A DNA stretch of 64,000 nt from Eledone cirrhosa. Lineage: Eukaryota. Below, one piece after another: positions 39,654 to 51,030 of this stretch; the stretch's first letter is position 1, and each line of letters starts with the position of its first letter. The stretch lies in assembly GCA_964016885.1 (NCBI GenBank), contig OZ024740.1:422034001-422098000 (forward strand), given 5' to 3'. The position numbers were made by a program, and so were the translations under genes. Under the pieces are notes generated by a model, which had not been told where the DNA came from, ran no database searches, and saw only the letters and a program-made list of their open reading frames with translations.

Positions 39654-40829
39654 TATCTACGGCGGGTAAAATTCCCGAGATCCATGGACGAGTTCTCTCC
39701 AGCGGTCTCTGTCCCTCATTATCGCTGCCATGTCCTGCGTCTCCAACAGACCAATGTCTGTCCTTAGGGCATCAACATACGCTAACCTTGGTCTTCCTCT
39801 TCTAGTGTGTCCATTAGGGGCTCCCAAAGGAGCACTGAGTGCAATGTCAACTCTGGATGTCGGTGAGCATGTCCAGCTAACCTCAGTCTCCTCTGTGTCA
39901 CTTTTGAGCTGACTTTTGGGATGCTCCCATACAGCTCTGAGTTTTTCATCCTCAGTGTATACTGATTAATGTTCAGAGCCATCCTCAGTATTCTCGTGTA
40001 GCACCCATCCACCATCTGAGTGAGTTTCTTGGTCAGTGTCCAAGTCTCAGACCCATACAGCAGCACAGACTCCACTACAGCAATGAAGAGGCGAACCTTC
40101 AGGTCTCTACGAAGGTCCGACTTCCACACCGATCCCAAGCTGTGGAACGCCGCCCAGGCCTTGCTCTTCCTCTCAACCACATCATCTTCCGTATTCCCAA
40201 TTTTGCTCCCAAATACAGGAAGCCCTCAACCAATTCCAGCGGCTTCCCGCCTACATTAGTGATCCCCTCTGACTTCTCAACATTCTCTACCAGATATTTT
40301 GTTTTAGTCTCATTCATTCTCAGCCCCACACTCATCGACACAGTCTCAACCTCCCGCATCAAATCCTCTGCCTCCTTCACTGTATTTGTCACCAAAACTA
40401 TGTCGTCGGCAAATTCAGCATCCGATACCTTTTTCGCCCTAACTCTCCTGCTCTGAGCCGGTGCTACAGTAAAGCCAGAGTCCTGGTGTTTCTCCAGTGC
40501 AAGGCGCATACAATAGTCCACTACGATGATAAAAAGGTAGGGAGCCAATGTATCTCCCTGGAGCACTCCAGCCAGTATCTCAAAGAACTCTGTCATCCCA
40601 TCAGGTGTAATGACTTGGGCTTTGGTGTTGGTGTAGAGCAGTGATATCAGGTCCACTATCCTCTTGGGGATTCCATAAGCCTGTAAGATCTTCATCAGGC
40701 AGCAACGGTCCACAGAATCAAAGGCCTTCCTAAAGTCAATGAAAACCATGACCGCAGGAAGGCACTTTGCTCTAGCTCCCTCTAATATCCTCCTCAGCAT
40801 CAGGATGTGACAGGTGGTTGATCTACCCC
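39654..40829 (-). mobile_element. 5'-truncated RTE-like LINE (second family), frameshifted
   Basis: FIDFRKAFDSV, GVLQGDTLAPYLF, FADD, LLYGSETW and RRLRLAGH motifs. Confidence 0.92.
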
Positions 40830-40841
40830 AGAAATGGCATG

Positions 40842-40897
<56 letters not shown>

Positions 40898-40909
40898 CAT
40901 GCCATTTCT
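40830..40909. repeat. perfect palindrome: AGAAATGGCATGCTA-(AT)n-TAGCATGCCATTTCT
   Basis: Read directly; lies between two divergently oriented LINEs. Confidence 0.9.
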
Positions 40910-41182
40910 TCTGTTACTACTACCTAACTAACTCTCTCCTCCCCTGTCCCAGCCCAACACACCCTGCCATTATTCCACCACCACTGTTCTTCTAGCCCTC
41001 AATTTTCCTACCGTTATGTATGGATGAGCTGAGAATAGATTTGAGTAACTCTGTGAATTAATAGATGAAATATGAATCTGCGAGCTACCAAGCACCCATG
41101 TGAAGCGCCAATCCAGTAACCCTTCCCTACGAGTGTCGACAAATGCCCAAAACTCCGATTTGGTACCATCAATATAGGCTCA

Positions 41183-41989
41183 ATGAAAGGAAGAGCAGGA
41201 GAAATCGTAGAAATGCTAGAGCGAAAGGAAATTGATGTATGCTATGTGCAAGAGACTAGATGGAGAGGAGAGTCTGCTAGAGTCCTTGTAGGAAAAAGTC
41301 GGTGCTACAAATTTTTCTGGGCGGGAAATGACGATTGGATGGGTGGTGTAGGTATACTACTAGCTGACAAGTGGGTAGATAAAGTAATCTCAGTGTACAG
41401 GGTAAATGCAAGAATCATTAAACTCAGACTAGTCCTGAATAAAACAATTACCACAATAATATCAGCTTACGCACCCCAATCGGGGTTGCCAGACGAACTT
41501 AAGGATAGGTTTTACGAGTCCCTAATGCACACTACTGCTCTAACAGACGACAATGACTTCCTAATCATCGCAGGAGATTTTAACGGACACGTAGGTAAAC
41601 ACTGCGACGGCTTCAATAGAGTACATGGAGGCCATGGGGTTGGCACAAGAAATGAGGAAGGATTCAGACTTCTAGAATTCTGCGACGCCAATGACATGTC
41701 GATATGTAACACAAACTTTCAAAAACCCGACAACCACCTGATCACCTATAGATCAGGGGAGCACTCTAGTCAGATAGATTTTATCCTCATCAGAGGACGT
41801 GACAGATGGACGGTCGTAAACACAAAAGCCTTCCCTAGTGAGGAATGTACATCCCAACATAGCTTAGTTGTCAGCGACCTCACGGTCAGAACTAGACGAA
41901 CCTGGAAACAGAGGCCAACCTGGAGAAGAAAGATCTGGAAGCTGAAAGAGCCCTCAACCAGATATTTTACTCAACGCCTACGTCAGTAA
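41183..41989 (+). pseudogene. apurinic-type endonuclease domain of RTE ORF
   Basis: VQETRW, SAYAPQ, AGDFNGHVG, SQIDFIL and SQH motifs. Confidence 0.92.
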
Positions 41990-42160
41990 AGAAGAACAGA
42001 TAGAGACATTCAATGTAGAAGAGAACTGGGAGTTCCTAAAAATTAACTTACTAAAGGCGACGGATGAGGTCTGTGGCTGGAGTAAGACCTCAAGCAGGAG
42101 GAGAGTGACTTGGTGGTGGAACAATAAGGTAGATGAGGCAGATAAGGCCAAGAGACAGGC

Positions 42161-44179
42161 ATGGAAAGAATGGAAGAACGGGGGAGCAGGGTACATTACA
42201 TAGAGACCAAGAGGGAAGCTAGGCGACAAGTATACTTAGCTAGGAGGGAAGCAGAGGATAGAAAATTCAAGCATGTTTTGCAACGTGAGGACCAGAAACA
42301 GGAGGTGTTCAAGATTGCGAGGCAGTGTGTCAGAGAGAGTTGTGATGTCATTGGAGAGAAGTGTATCCGGAATGATAAAGGTGAGCTTGCCCTCACAAGT
42401 GCTGAGAAGAAAGATGCATGGAAGAGTCATTATGATAGATTACTAAATGAGGAGAATGCATGGGTAGAAGAGACCCTACCCCAAGTAAACCTTATAGAGA
42501 GGCCAGCAGTACAAGTCAGCAGCAACGTAGTAAGTAAGGCAATCAAAGATATGAAGATGGAGAAGGCAACCGGTCCATCGGGTATAGCTGCCGAGATGCT
42601 GAAGGCATCTGGGTCTGTAGGTCACACTATAACCACACGTATTGTTAACCAGGTAATACTAGAAGGTGTCATACCAAAAGATTGGTGCAGTAGCATCATT
42701 GTCAACTGCTACAAAGGTAAAGGTGATGCACTAGATAGAGGAAACTATAGAGGTATAAAGCTGATGGACCAGGTCATGAAAGTAACAGAAAGAGTTATAG
42801 CACAGTTGATTAGGGACCGGGTGAAACTAGACGAGATGCAATTTGGGTTTGTACCAGGAAGAGGCACTACTGATGCCCTCTTCCTTGTCAGGCAGTTACA
42901 GGAAAAGTACCTAGCTAAAAGTAAGCCACTCTACCTGGCATTTGTCGACCTTGAGAAAGTCTTTGACAGAGTTCCACATGCTGTAATCTGGTGGGCTCTT
43001 AGAAAACTAGGAGTAGATGAATGGCTTGTGAAAGCGGTACAAGCCATGTATAGGGGAGCAGTCAGCAAAGTTAGGATTAGCAATGAGTATAGCGAGGAAT
43101 TTAGCGTACAGGTTGGGGTCCACCAGGGCTCTGTTCTTAGCCCCCTCCTGTTCATCATAGTCCTGCAGGCAATAACGGAGGAGTTTAAGACCGGATGCCC
43201 ATGGGAACTCCTGTATGCTGATGACCTCGCACTTATAGCTGAATCTATGGTAGAACTAGAGAAGAAATTCCAAACTTGGAAGCAGGGACTAGAAAGAAAG
43301 GGTCTGAAAGTCAACATGACAAAGACTAAGGTCCTTGTAAGTAGACGAGAAAACAGAACCCAGATCCCCTCAGGGAAATGGCCTTGCTCAGTATGTAGGA
43401 AAGGTGTAGGTAGGAACTCCATTCTCTGCCCCAAATGCAAACAATGGGTACACAAGAGATGTAGCGGGATCTCAGGAAGCTTAATTAAGAATGTAAGATT
43501 CACATGCAGCAGTTGTGCTGAAACAGCAAGCAGCAAACAGCCACAGGAAACAAGTACCACCAATCTCTGGGAGGGCCCTGTAGAAACAGTAGACAGCTTC
43601 TGCTACCTAGGTGACCGAATTAGCAACGGAGGTGGGTGTTCAGAAAGTACAATAACTAGGGTAAGAACGGGATGGAAGAAGTTTAGGGAACTACTACCAC
43701 TGCTAACTGCAAAAGGCTTCTCCCTCAGAATGAAAGGCAGACTGTATGATGCGTGTATCCGAACAGCGATGTTGCATGGTAGTGAGACCTGGGCGCTGAA
43801 GGTGGAAGACTTACGTAGATTAGAGAGAAACGAAGCCTGCATGCTCCGATGGATGTGTAACAGTAATATACGTGAACGACAAAGCATAAATGAATTGAGA
43901 GAGAGACTGAGCATAAGAGGAATCAAATGCTGTGTGCAGGAGAGGTGGTTGCGCTGGTATGGACATGTGATGTGTATGAAGGATGACAGCTGCATAAAAA
44001 GGTGCATAGCACTAGAAGTCGATGGAAACCGCGGAGTGGGGAGACCCAAGATGACCTGGGATGAGGTGATAAAAGCCGACCTTACCCAATTACACCTCTC
44101 AAAGGCAATGACACACGACCGTGACCTCTGGCGTCACGCAGTAATACAGAGTACCCGACCTCCCATGGGTACAAGCTGA
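42161..44179 (+). CDS. RTE reverse transcriptase with inserted C4HC3 (PHD-like) finger
   Basis: NYRGIKL, QFGF, FVDLEKVFD, GVHQGSVLSP and YADD motifs, plus CSVC..CPKCKQWVHKRC..CSSC. Confidence 0.92.
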   Translation: MERMEERGSRVHYIETKREARRQVYLARREAEDRKFKHVLQREDQKQEVFKIARQCVRESCDVIGEKCIRNDKGELALTSAEKKDAWKSHYDRLLNEENAWVEETLPQVNLIERPAVQVSSNVVSKAIKDMKMEKATGPSGIAAEMLKASGSVGHTITTRIVNQVILEGVIPKDWCSSIIVNCYKGKGDALDRGNYRGIKLMDQVMKVTERVIAQLIRDRVKLDEMQFGFVPGRGTTDALFLVRQLQEKYLAKSKPLYLAFVDLEKVFDRVPHAVIWWALRKLGVDEWLVKAVQAMYRGAVSKVRISNEYSEEFSVQVGVHQGSVLSPLLFIIVLQAITEEFKTGCPWELLYADDLALIAESMVELEKKFQTWKQGLERKGLKVNMTKTKVLVSRRENRTQIPSGKWPCSVCRKGVGRNSILCPKCKQWVHKRCSGISGSLIKNVRFTCSSCAETASSKQPQETSTTNLWEGPVETVDSFCYLGDRISNGGGCSESTITRVRTGWKKFRELLPLLTAKGFSLRMKGRLYDACIRTAMLHGSETWALKVEDLRRLERNEACMLRWMCNSNIRERQSINELRERLSIRGIKCCVQERWLRWYGHVMCMKDDSCIKRCIALEVDGNRGVGRPKMTWDEVIKADLTQLHLSKAMTHDRDLWRHAVIQSTRPPMGTS

Positions 44180-44466
44180 AGCATATAGACAATATGCCCC
44201 CACACCCCCCACCGCAAGGTGATCGTGGAGGTGCCACGGCAAAAAAAGCACCCAGCCCACACTGTAAAGTGGACGTGTAGGCGCCACGAAAAAGCACCCA
44301 GCTCTCACTGTAAATGAGGTTGGTGTTAGGAAGGGCATCCAGCTGTAGAAATCAAGCCAAATCAGTTCCTGTATGAGCAAGGCATGGTCAGCCGACCAGA
44401 CACTGCCCACAACAGGACAACCCGTCTAACCCATGCTAGCGTGGAAGAACGGACGTAAAACGGTGA

Positions 44467-44525
<59 letters not shown>

Positions 44526-44652
44526 AAAGTTCTATTTAAATTGTTGGGATACAACAAGCAAATATTTTTATAACTGATATAAAGCACTCAACAAATATTT
44601 GGAGTAAAAATACGATATTAACAAATGGAAACTATATTTATAAAACAATATT

Positions 44653-44717
44653 TATTTCATTATACATATTTCAAGGACACCAAGTTAAATTATGGTGTGC
44701 TTTCATCAGATAAAAAA
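44653..44717 (-). ncRNA. minimal type I hammerhead ribozyme
   Basis: Reverse complement of the motif at 45012-45076. Confidence 0.8.
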
Positions 44718-45011
44718 TAATATAGATCAGTTTTATAAATAAATATTGACATACTCTTAAAGAATGCAACCATTGCTGTTGGAAGCTCCCGGATAGTGGA
44801 GTTGTAGCTTTAATTATATTATTAGTATTGGATATCTCTCCTTCTCTATCTTTCTCTTTCTCCGTAACCCAACGGCTTATTTTAAAAATAAAAATATCCA
44901 ATACTAATAATATAATTAAAGCTACAACTCCACTATCCGGGAGCTTGCAACAGCAATGGTTGCATTCTTTAAGGGTATGTCAATATTTATTTATAAAACT
45001 GATCTATATTA

Positions 45012-45076
45012 TATTTTATCTGATGAAAGCACACCATAATTTAACTTGGTGTCCTTGAAATATGTATAATGAAATA
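45012..45076 (+). ncRNA. minimal type I hammerhead ribozyme
   Basis: TATTTTAT-CTGATGA-AAGCACACCA..TGGTGTCCTT-GAAA-TATGTA-TA-ATGAAATA; predicted AUA cleavage after 45068. Confidence 0.85.
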
Positions 45077-45137
45077 AATATGGTTTTATAAATATAGTTT
45101 CCATTTGTTAATATCGTTAACTATATATATATAGATA

Positions 45138-48100
45138 TGTTTCTTTATTAGCCACAAGGGCACAAAAGAAGGGGACAAATACAAAGGGGGAAGTTTACAT
45201 ACAAATAAAAACGGGTAAAATGTTATCACAAATGCAATTTAAAAAGTTAGTCGATTTTCCCCAATAGGGGGAGACAGTTTATATGGGTAACACATACCCC
45301 CGAAAAAAATGTGCAACCCATCTCCAGGAGTACGAAGAGTTTGTACTCCTTTCCTCTCCTCCTCCTTTTCCTCAACCTACAGGCTGATATACAGAGAAGG
45401 CCCATTCACTCGGGCCATTCTCGCCACTTTCACCCACCTTTCATAAAACTTGCTGGGGTACAGCACCTCTCTCTCCATCCTGATTCTTCTTCCAAAGTGG
45501 TATTTGAAAAAAAGAATCAGTTGTTGGCCGGAGAGAAAGGTGTCTGACCTCAGCCCTTTCAACCTTGTCCACCATACAACCTCTTTCGCCATAGCTATCA
45601 CGCAAAGGAAAACCGCCTCTCCTTCGTTTTTGAAGGAGGGTGGCGGTTTGATCATGACAATGGACTCGGTGGTCAACCGGATTGGTCCCACCCGCGACAA
45701 TAGTCGTTCTACATAGCCCCACAGGTCAGTGACGCCCGGGCAGTGTATGAATGCGTGCGCGACGGTTTCTTCGTCTCGCACGCACCTCGGACAGATCTTT
45801 TTTGCAGGGTCCCTGCCCGGGCGCCCATGTCTGTAGAGCTTGTCTCGAACTGGTAGAGCTCCTCGGTAGCACTGCCAGGCCAGGGACTTTTGGAAGTTGT
45901 CCATCGGTCCCGGGCGGAAGGACCTACCGAACAGACTGGCCAGTTCATCTTACTCTACGCCTAGAGTTTCACCGAGCGCGTCGTCGCACTTGCTGCGGAC
46001 CAACCCTCTATAGAATGACGAAGTGGAGTCTCCACTGATCGCCGGGTCCGCCTGCCAGAGGGCTGTGAGCGTCTGAGCACATTCGATGTGCCAGTCGCCC
46101 ATTTTCCTCGGTCTTTGTTTGACCCAGGACTGCAGCTCGGTCAGCGAGACGAGTCGTGGGAAGGCTCGCCTCACGAACGGGGCCCACACCGGTTGTCCGG
46201 TGAGGAATACGTAGAGATGCCGCAGCCTGAGCGCGTGTTTGCGCATCGTCAACCACGGCATCCCCAGCTGAAGGGTGTTGGCAGCAGATGGATCTTCTCA
46301 CCAAAGGAGCCCGCCTCTTCCAAAGGAATTGGAAGATCGCGCTTTCCATTTTGGCGAGCGTTTTGGCTGGACAAGGCACGACGGTCAAGCAGTAGTAGAT
46401 GGCGGACGCTATAAAAGTGTTCGCCACCTCCGCTCGACCTTTCAAGGATAGTTTGCGTTCGGCTCACTTCTGGGTGAGTGCAAACACCTTGGCCCTCACT
46501 TCGTTCCAGTTCTTCTCCACCTGGAGGTCCGGACCAAACCAGACCCCGAGCAGCTTTACCGGTCCTTCCGTCCAGCGTCCGACGACGCCATCGGAAGGCA
46601 TCGGTTTGCCTCTCCACGATCCGAGTTGCAAACCGATGGACTTGTCCCGGTTCAGCTTCGCTCCTGTGAAACTTTCGTATTCCTTCAGTAAGGTGCCGAC
46701 TTCCTCGATTTGCGAGGCGGTCGACACCATTACTGTCACGTCGTCGGCGTAGGCCGACGCCGCTTTCCGCAGTCCCGGTTCCAGAAGGATGCCCTGCAAT
46801 AGCTCCAACTTCGAGAGTCAGTACGTACAGAAGGGAGGAGAGAGGGCATCCCTGTCGAATGGATCGCGTAATATGGAACGGCTCCGAGAGGTAGCCGTTC
46901 ACCTTGACCCTTGAGCAGATGTTGCTGTTGTGCATTGCAGCAATCCAGCCCCTGAACACGGGTCCGAAGCCTGCCGCCTCGAGTACCGCATCCAGGTAAC
47001 GATGGTCAATCCTATCGAAAGCCTTAGACTGATCCAAGTTGATCAGGGCCCCACCGAAGCCGGGTTTACACCCTACCCTCTCTATGATGTATCGCATGAG
47101 GTGAGGTTGTCGTGTATAGACCTGGTCGGGATTGCGCATGTCTGCGCTTCTCCCACCAGGTTCTCGACGACAAGCGCCAGCCTCTTTGCCAACACCTTGG
47201 CCAAAATCTGTAACTCTGTGTTTAGCAGAGTTATGGGCCGGAAGTTGCCTATGTCATCCCCCTTATTCTCGTCCTTCCTGATTAGTGTGACTACGCCCCC
47301 GGTTACAGAACTGGGAATTCTCCCATTCTGTTGCCAGTTGCAGTAGATCGCTTCCAAGAGACCGGAGAATAAGTCCGGCATTGCTACGTAAAATTCGTAG
47401 GGTAGACCGTCGAGACCTGGAGATTTGCGTTTGGCGCATTGGCTCAACGCGTCCCCTATCTCAGCGGCTGAAATCGGCTTTTCGCAGAACTTTGCCTCGC
47501 TGTCCGAGAGTCGCGGTAGGCCATCGAGGTATGGACCGAAATCCATAGCCCCTCCCGGCGCGCCGCCCCGCCCGAACAGTTGAGCAAAGTGCCGCTGAAA
47601 GGCCGCACACATCTGCTTCGGCTCACGTATCACGCGTCCGTTTTGGTCCTTCAAAGACCGAATCGTGGACTTGTTGCCACTTTTTGCCTCCGTCACTCGG
47701 GCCCAGCTAACAGCTTTGGCTCCCTCGTTTCCCAGAGCACGTATTTTGCTTCTGACAACGCAGCCCTCGTGCTTTGCGTCGAAGAACTGGTCCAAGGCCG
47801 TTCTCGTTGCTAGCACGCTGGCTACGTTGCCACTTCTAATTGCCTCTTCTACTTTATCTACCAGTTCCTTCTCGGTTCTATTTCTATCTAACGCTAATTC
47901 TTTACTAAAAACTAACGAGTCTAATCTAACTCCACTCTTGAGAGAGTACCACCATCTGTTGTTGACAATGGCCCCTGTCAAGTGCTGTTTAACTAAAGTG
48001 CTAATCCGTCTACTGTAGGCTTTGCTTGTCGGTAACGACAAGTTCAGCTTCCAGTAGCCGGGTCCTTGTCTATGGGTTCTATCAAGGTTGGCCATGCAGG

Positions 48101-48420
48101 TCACTAGTTTGTGATCTGAATAGGCAACCATGAACATTTGTGGACAGCTTAACATGTCCCTATCCTTATTTCTAACTAGAACCCTATCTAGGTACGATCT
48201 AGATGTTCCGCTACGATTACTCCACGCCCACAGTGGTGCAGTCGGAAAATCTAGTCGATATCTATCGGCCAGGTCAAATCGGTCGATTAACTGTTTGAGG
48301 CTGTTACACACCCCTGTATCGGGACATGCTCCCACATAGTCCCAACGTGCATCTAGGATTCCATTCCAGTCCCCCACTAAAAGCAAGGAGCGGGACGTTC
48401 CCAGAAAAGTCTCTAGACGT
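45138..48420 (-). mobile_element. 5'-truncated L1/Tx1-clade LINE ORF2, frameshifted
   Basis: VGDWN..YLDRV..SDH (APE), GPGYWKLN, KSPGLDG, FRPITLLN, LDQSKAFD, RQGCPLS, YADD, C-terminal CPRC..ETVAHAFIHC, and AATAAA at the 3' end. Confidence 0.92.
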
Positions 48421-48599
48421 ATATATATATATATAGATAGATAAATATACACGGGTGTGTATGATTGTGTATAGAAGATTATATTAATAAAAGGAATTCC
48501 AACTTTGTCTGATTTACTCATTCTATTTACAATCCTTTAAAATTTATAATGGTATTATAATGAAATAGTATGATAGAATATTAAATGTTAAGTGTTAAT

Positions 48600-48637
48600 T
48601 GAACAAGTATTTCATGCTTTCGCAATCTTCAGGTTCA
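48600..48637 (-). ncRNA. ultra-minimal hammerhead-like motif
   Basis: TGAAC-CTGAAGA-TTGC-GAAA-GCAT-GAAA-TACTT-GTTCA; stem III is reduced to about 1 bp. Confidence 0.5.
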
Positions 48638-49201
48638 TAATGTGTGGTGACAGTCAAGTTTGCAATTTTCAACTGTAATGAGATGGGTAAATTTTGTACC
48701 TTATATACAGTGAAAAGTGGCTCCAGAATGCTAAATCTTGCAAACTGTATTTCGACCAATCAGTGTGTAGTTTCACTGAATTTCTAAAGCTGATTGGTTT
48801 AGGCATCACGGTTGGTTGAGCTTTGGATAAGATTAATTGATGCTTTAGAGTAATAAAGGCAGAAAGAATTCTATAAACAAGTTCAGAATGGGGTGCCACT
48901 CCTTATTTTTAAGTTTCTCTTAAGCTAACAATACCTAGATTTCAGGTGTCTATAAGATCATTGGGGGTCAGTCATGGCTGATGGATTTAAAGAAAAGGGA
49001 AATTCTTTAAGAGCTAATTCTTTAAGGTTCTACTTAGTGACAAAGGCCTAGAGAATTCTATAGACCAGTTCAAAATATTGAGTGCATATCATACCATTAT
49101 CTTCAAATTTCTCTTAAACTATATTCCAAAAGTCAACAGACACAATCACAAACACACACACACTCACACACTCGCGCGCATCCACAAACACACACACATA
49201 C

Positions 49202-49250
<49 letters not shown>

Positions 49251-49289
49251 CACATACATACATATCTATATACATATATATATATACAC

Positions 49290-49362
<73 letters not shown>

Positions 49363-49381
49363 AATACATACACACATACAC

Positions 49382-49426
<45 letters not shown>

Positions 49427-50032
49427 TATATGGTGGCTGCCAACTCGTTTTCGAGTACGGCCACTACTTTATATCCATGTAGGAGAACTCCTACCAATGC
49501 GCTGAACGAGTGTGACTTTTTAGTCCAGCCAGCGACTTGAAAACTCTTGTACAAACACTACACTTGTGACAATTATTGACACATAGTGCTGGGCCCATGG
49601 TACCATGTGACGACAAGTGCAGAGAGATCTCCAGATATAAAGCAATGCCTGTGTCGTGAAGCTTTTATAGTGAGCAAAGGCACTGCACAAAGCCAGTCCC
49701 ACTCTCTTAACCAAGATGATATTTACAAAAAAGAAGAATAAGTCAACATCATTGGATACCATCAGGGTTGCAGGTGTTATATCAGAGTTTTCCTTCTCCT
49801 AGAATTCTGCCTTGACAAAGGCTAAGGGGTCATCTCTCCTGGTGATTTTGGATGGCCATTGACTCTTACGAGCTCCTTTACCCTTTGACAGGTTTTGTTT
49901 CTAGTCCTGCAGGATGTCAAAAGTCACCCTCCTCACCAAGAAACCTTGGTGGCGTTGCCAGTTTAGTCGCCAACGACCCGACCATGAGACAGGTTGTACT
50001 GGGATACATGTTACCAATATATACATATATAC

Positions 50033-50105
<73 letters not shown>

Positions 50106-50189
50106 TTTACATATATATATATAGATATACATACATATACGTGTTTTGCAACGGGTCACTTTGTGGCTCAATGAAAAATTAATAAATTA

Positions 50190-50380
50190 AATAATTGTTT
50201 CTACTTTAGGCACAAGGCCAGCAAATTACCCAGTGCATTACTGGTACTTTATTTTATCGACCCCGTAAGGATGAAAGGCAAAATCAACCTCGGCGGGATT
50301 TGAACTCAGATCATAAAGGGACGTAACTATGCTGGAAAGCATGGCGTCCGACCCTCTACTGATACTATCAATCCACCCCT
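50190..50380 (-). mobile_element. tRNA-SINE (same family as 36.2-36.8 kb)
   Basis: GGGATTTGAACTC (reverse-complement B-box) and the conserved core. Confidence 0.85.
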
Positions 50381-50410
50381 TAATAAATTAAATAATCAGA
50401 GCTATATATA

Positions 50411-50505
50411 ATAAAACATGTCTATAGAATCACAAGATAAAATATATACCATTGGGAGAGGAAATGGTATATATTTTATCTTGTGATTCTATAGACATGT
50501 TTTAT
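50411..50505. repeat. perfect 43-bp-arm hairpin between (TA)n tracts
   Basis: Arms 50411-50453 and 50463-50505. Confidence 0.9.
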
Positions 50506-50547
50506 TTTATATATATATATATAGATAGATAGATAGATATAGATAGG

Positions 50548-50823
50548 TAAATATACACGGGTGTGTATGATTGTGTATAGAAGATTATATTAATAAGAGG
50601 AATTCCAACTTTGTCTGATTTACTCGTTTTATTTACAATCCTTTAAAATATATATAATACGGTATTATAATGAAATAGTATGATAGAATATTAAATTCTA
50701 AGTGTTAATTGACACTTAGAATTTAATATTCTATCATACTATTTCATTATAATACCGTATTATATATATTTTAAAGGATTGTAAATAAAACGAGTAAATC
50801 AGACAAAGTTGGAATTCCTCTTA

Positions 50824-50830
<7 letters not shown>
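50548..50830. mobile_element. asymmetric palindrome homologous to 48443-48602
   Basis: Arms 50587-50708 and 50709-50830, with a ~40-nt left tail. Confidence 0.85.
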
Positions 50831-50891
<61 letters not shown>

Positions 50892-51030
50892 CATATATAT
50901 ATATATATACATATACACACACATAAAACCATATAAACATATATACATATATACACATATATACATATATATATACATATATACACACACATATATATAT
51001 ATACATATATACAAATATATACATATATAC

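Larger units (their letters stand above)
41040..44470 (+). mobile_element. near full-length RTE-clade LINE (APE endonuclease + RT), frameshifted
   Basis: ORFs 41183-41989 and 42161-44179; 3' UTR ends in GATGAT then (TA)n. The 5' boundary is approximate. Confidence 0.93.
44523..45117. mobile_element. asymmetric palindromic element with two outward-facing hammerheads (family A)
   Basis: Arms 44612-44835 and 44894-45117, a ~90-nt left tail and (TA)n flanks; homologous to 55399-56380. Confidence 0.88.

Noticed and set aside
48700-49130. Degenerate GIY-YIG C-terminus upstream of the 48.6-kb hammerhead-like motif
   Set aside because: Only a weak '..YPKLN' resemblance amid many stops; not supportable without a profile search.
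49430-50012. Structured RNA, extra exon or HDV-like ribozyme (hairpins at 49431-49495)
   Set aside because: Hairpins are present, but I could not build the nested double pseudoknot or a convincing exon. It may be a LINE 5' UTR fragment.
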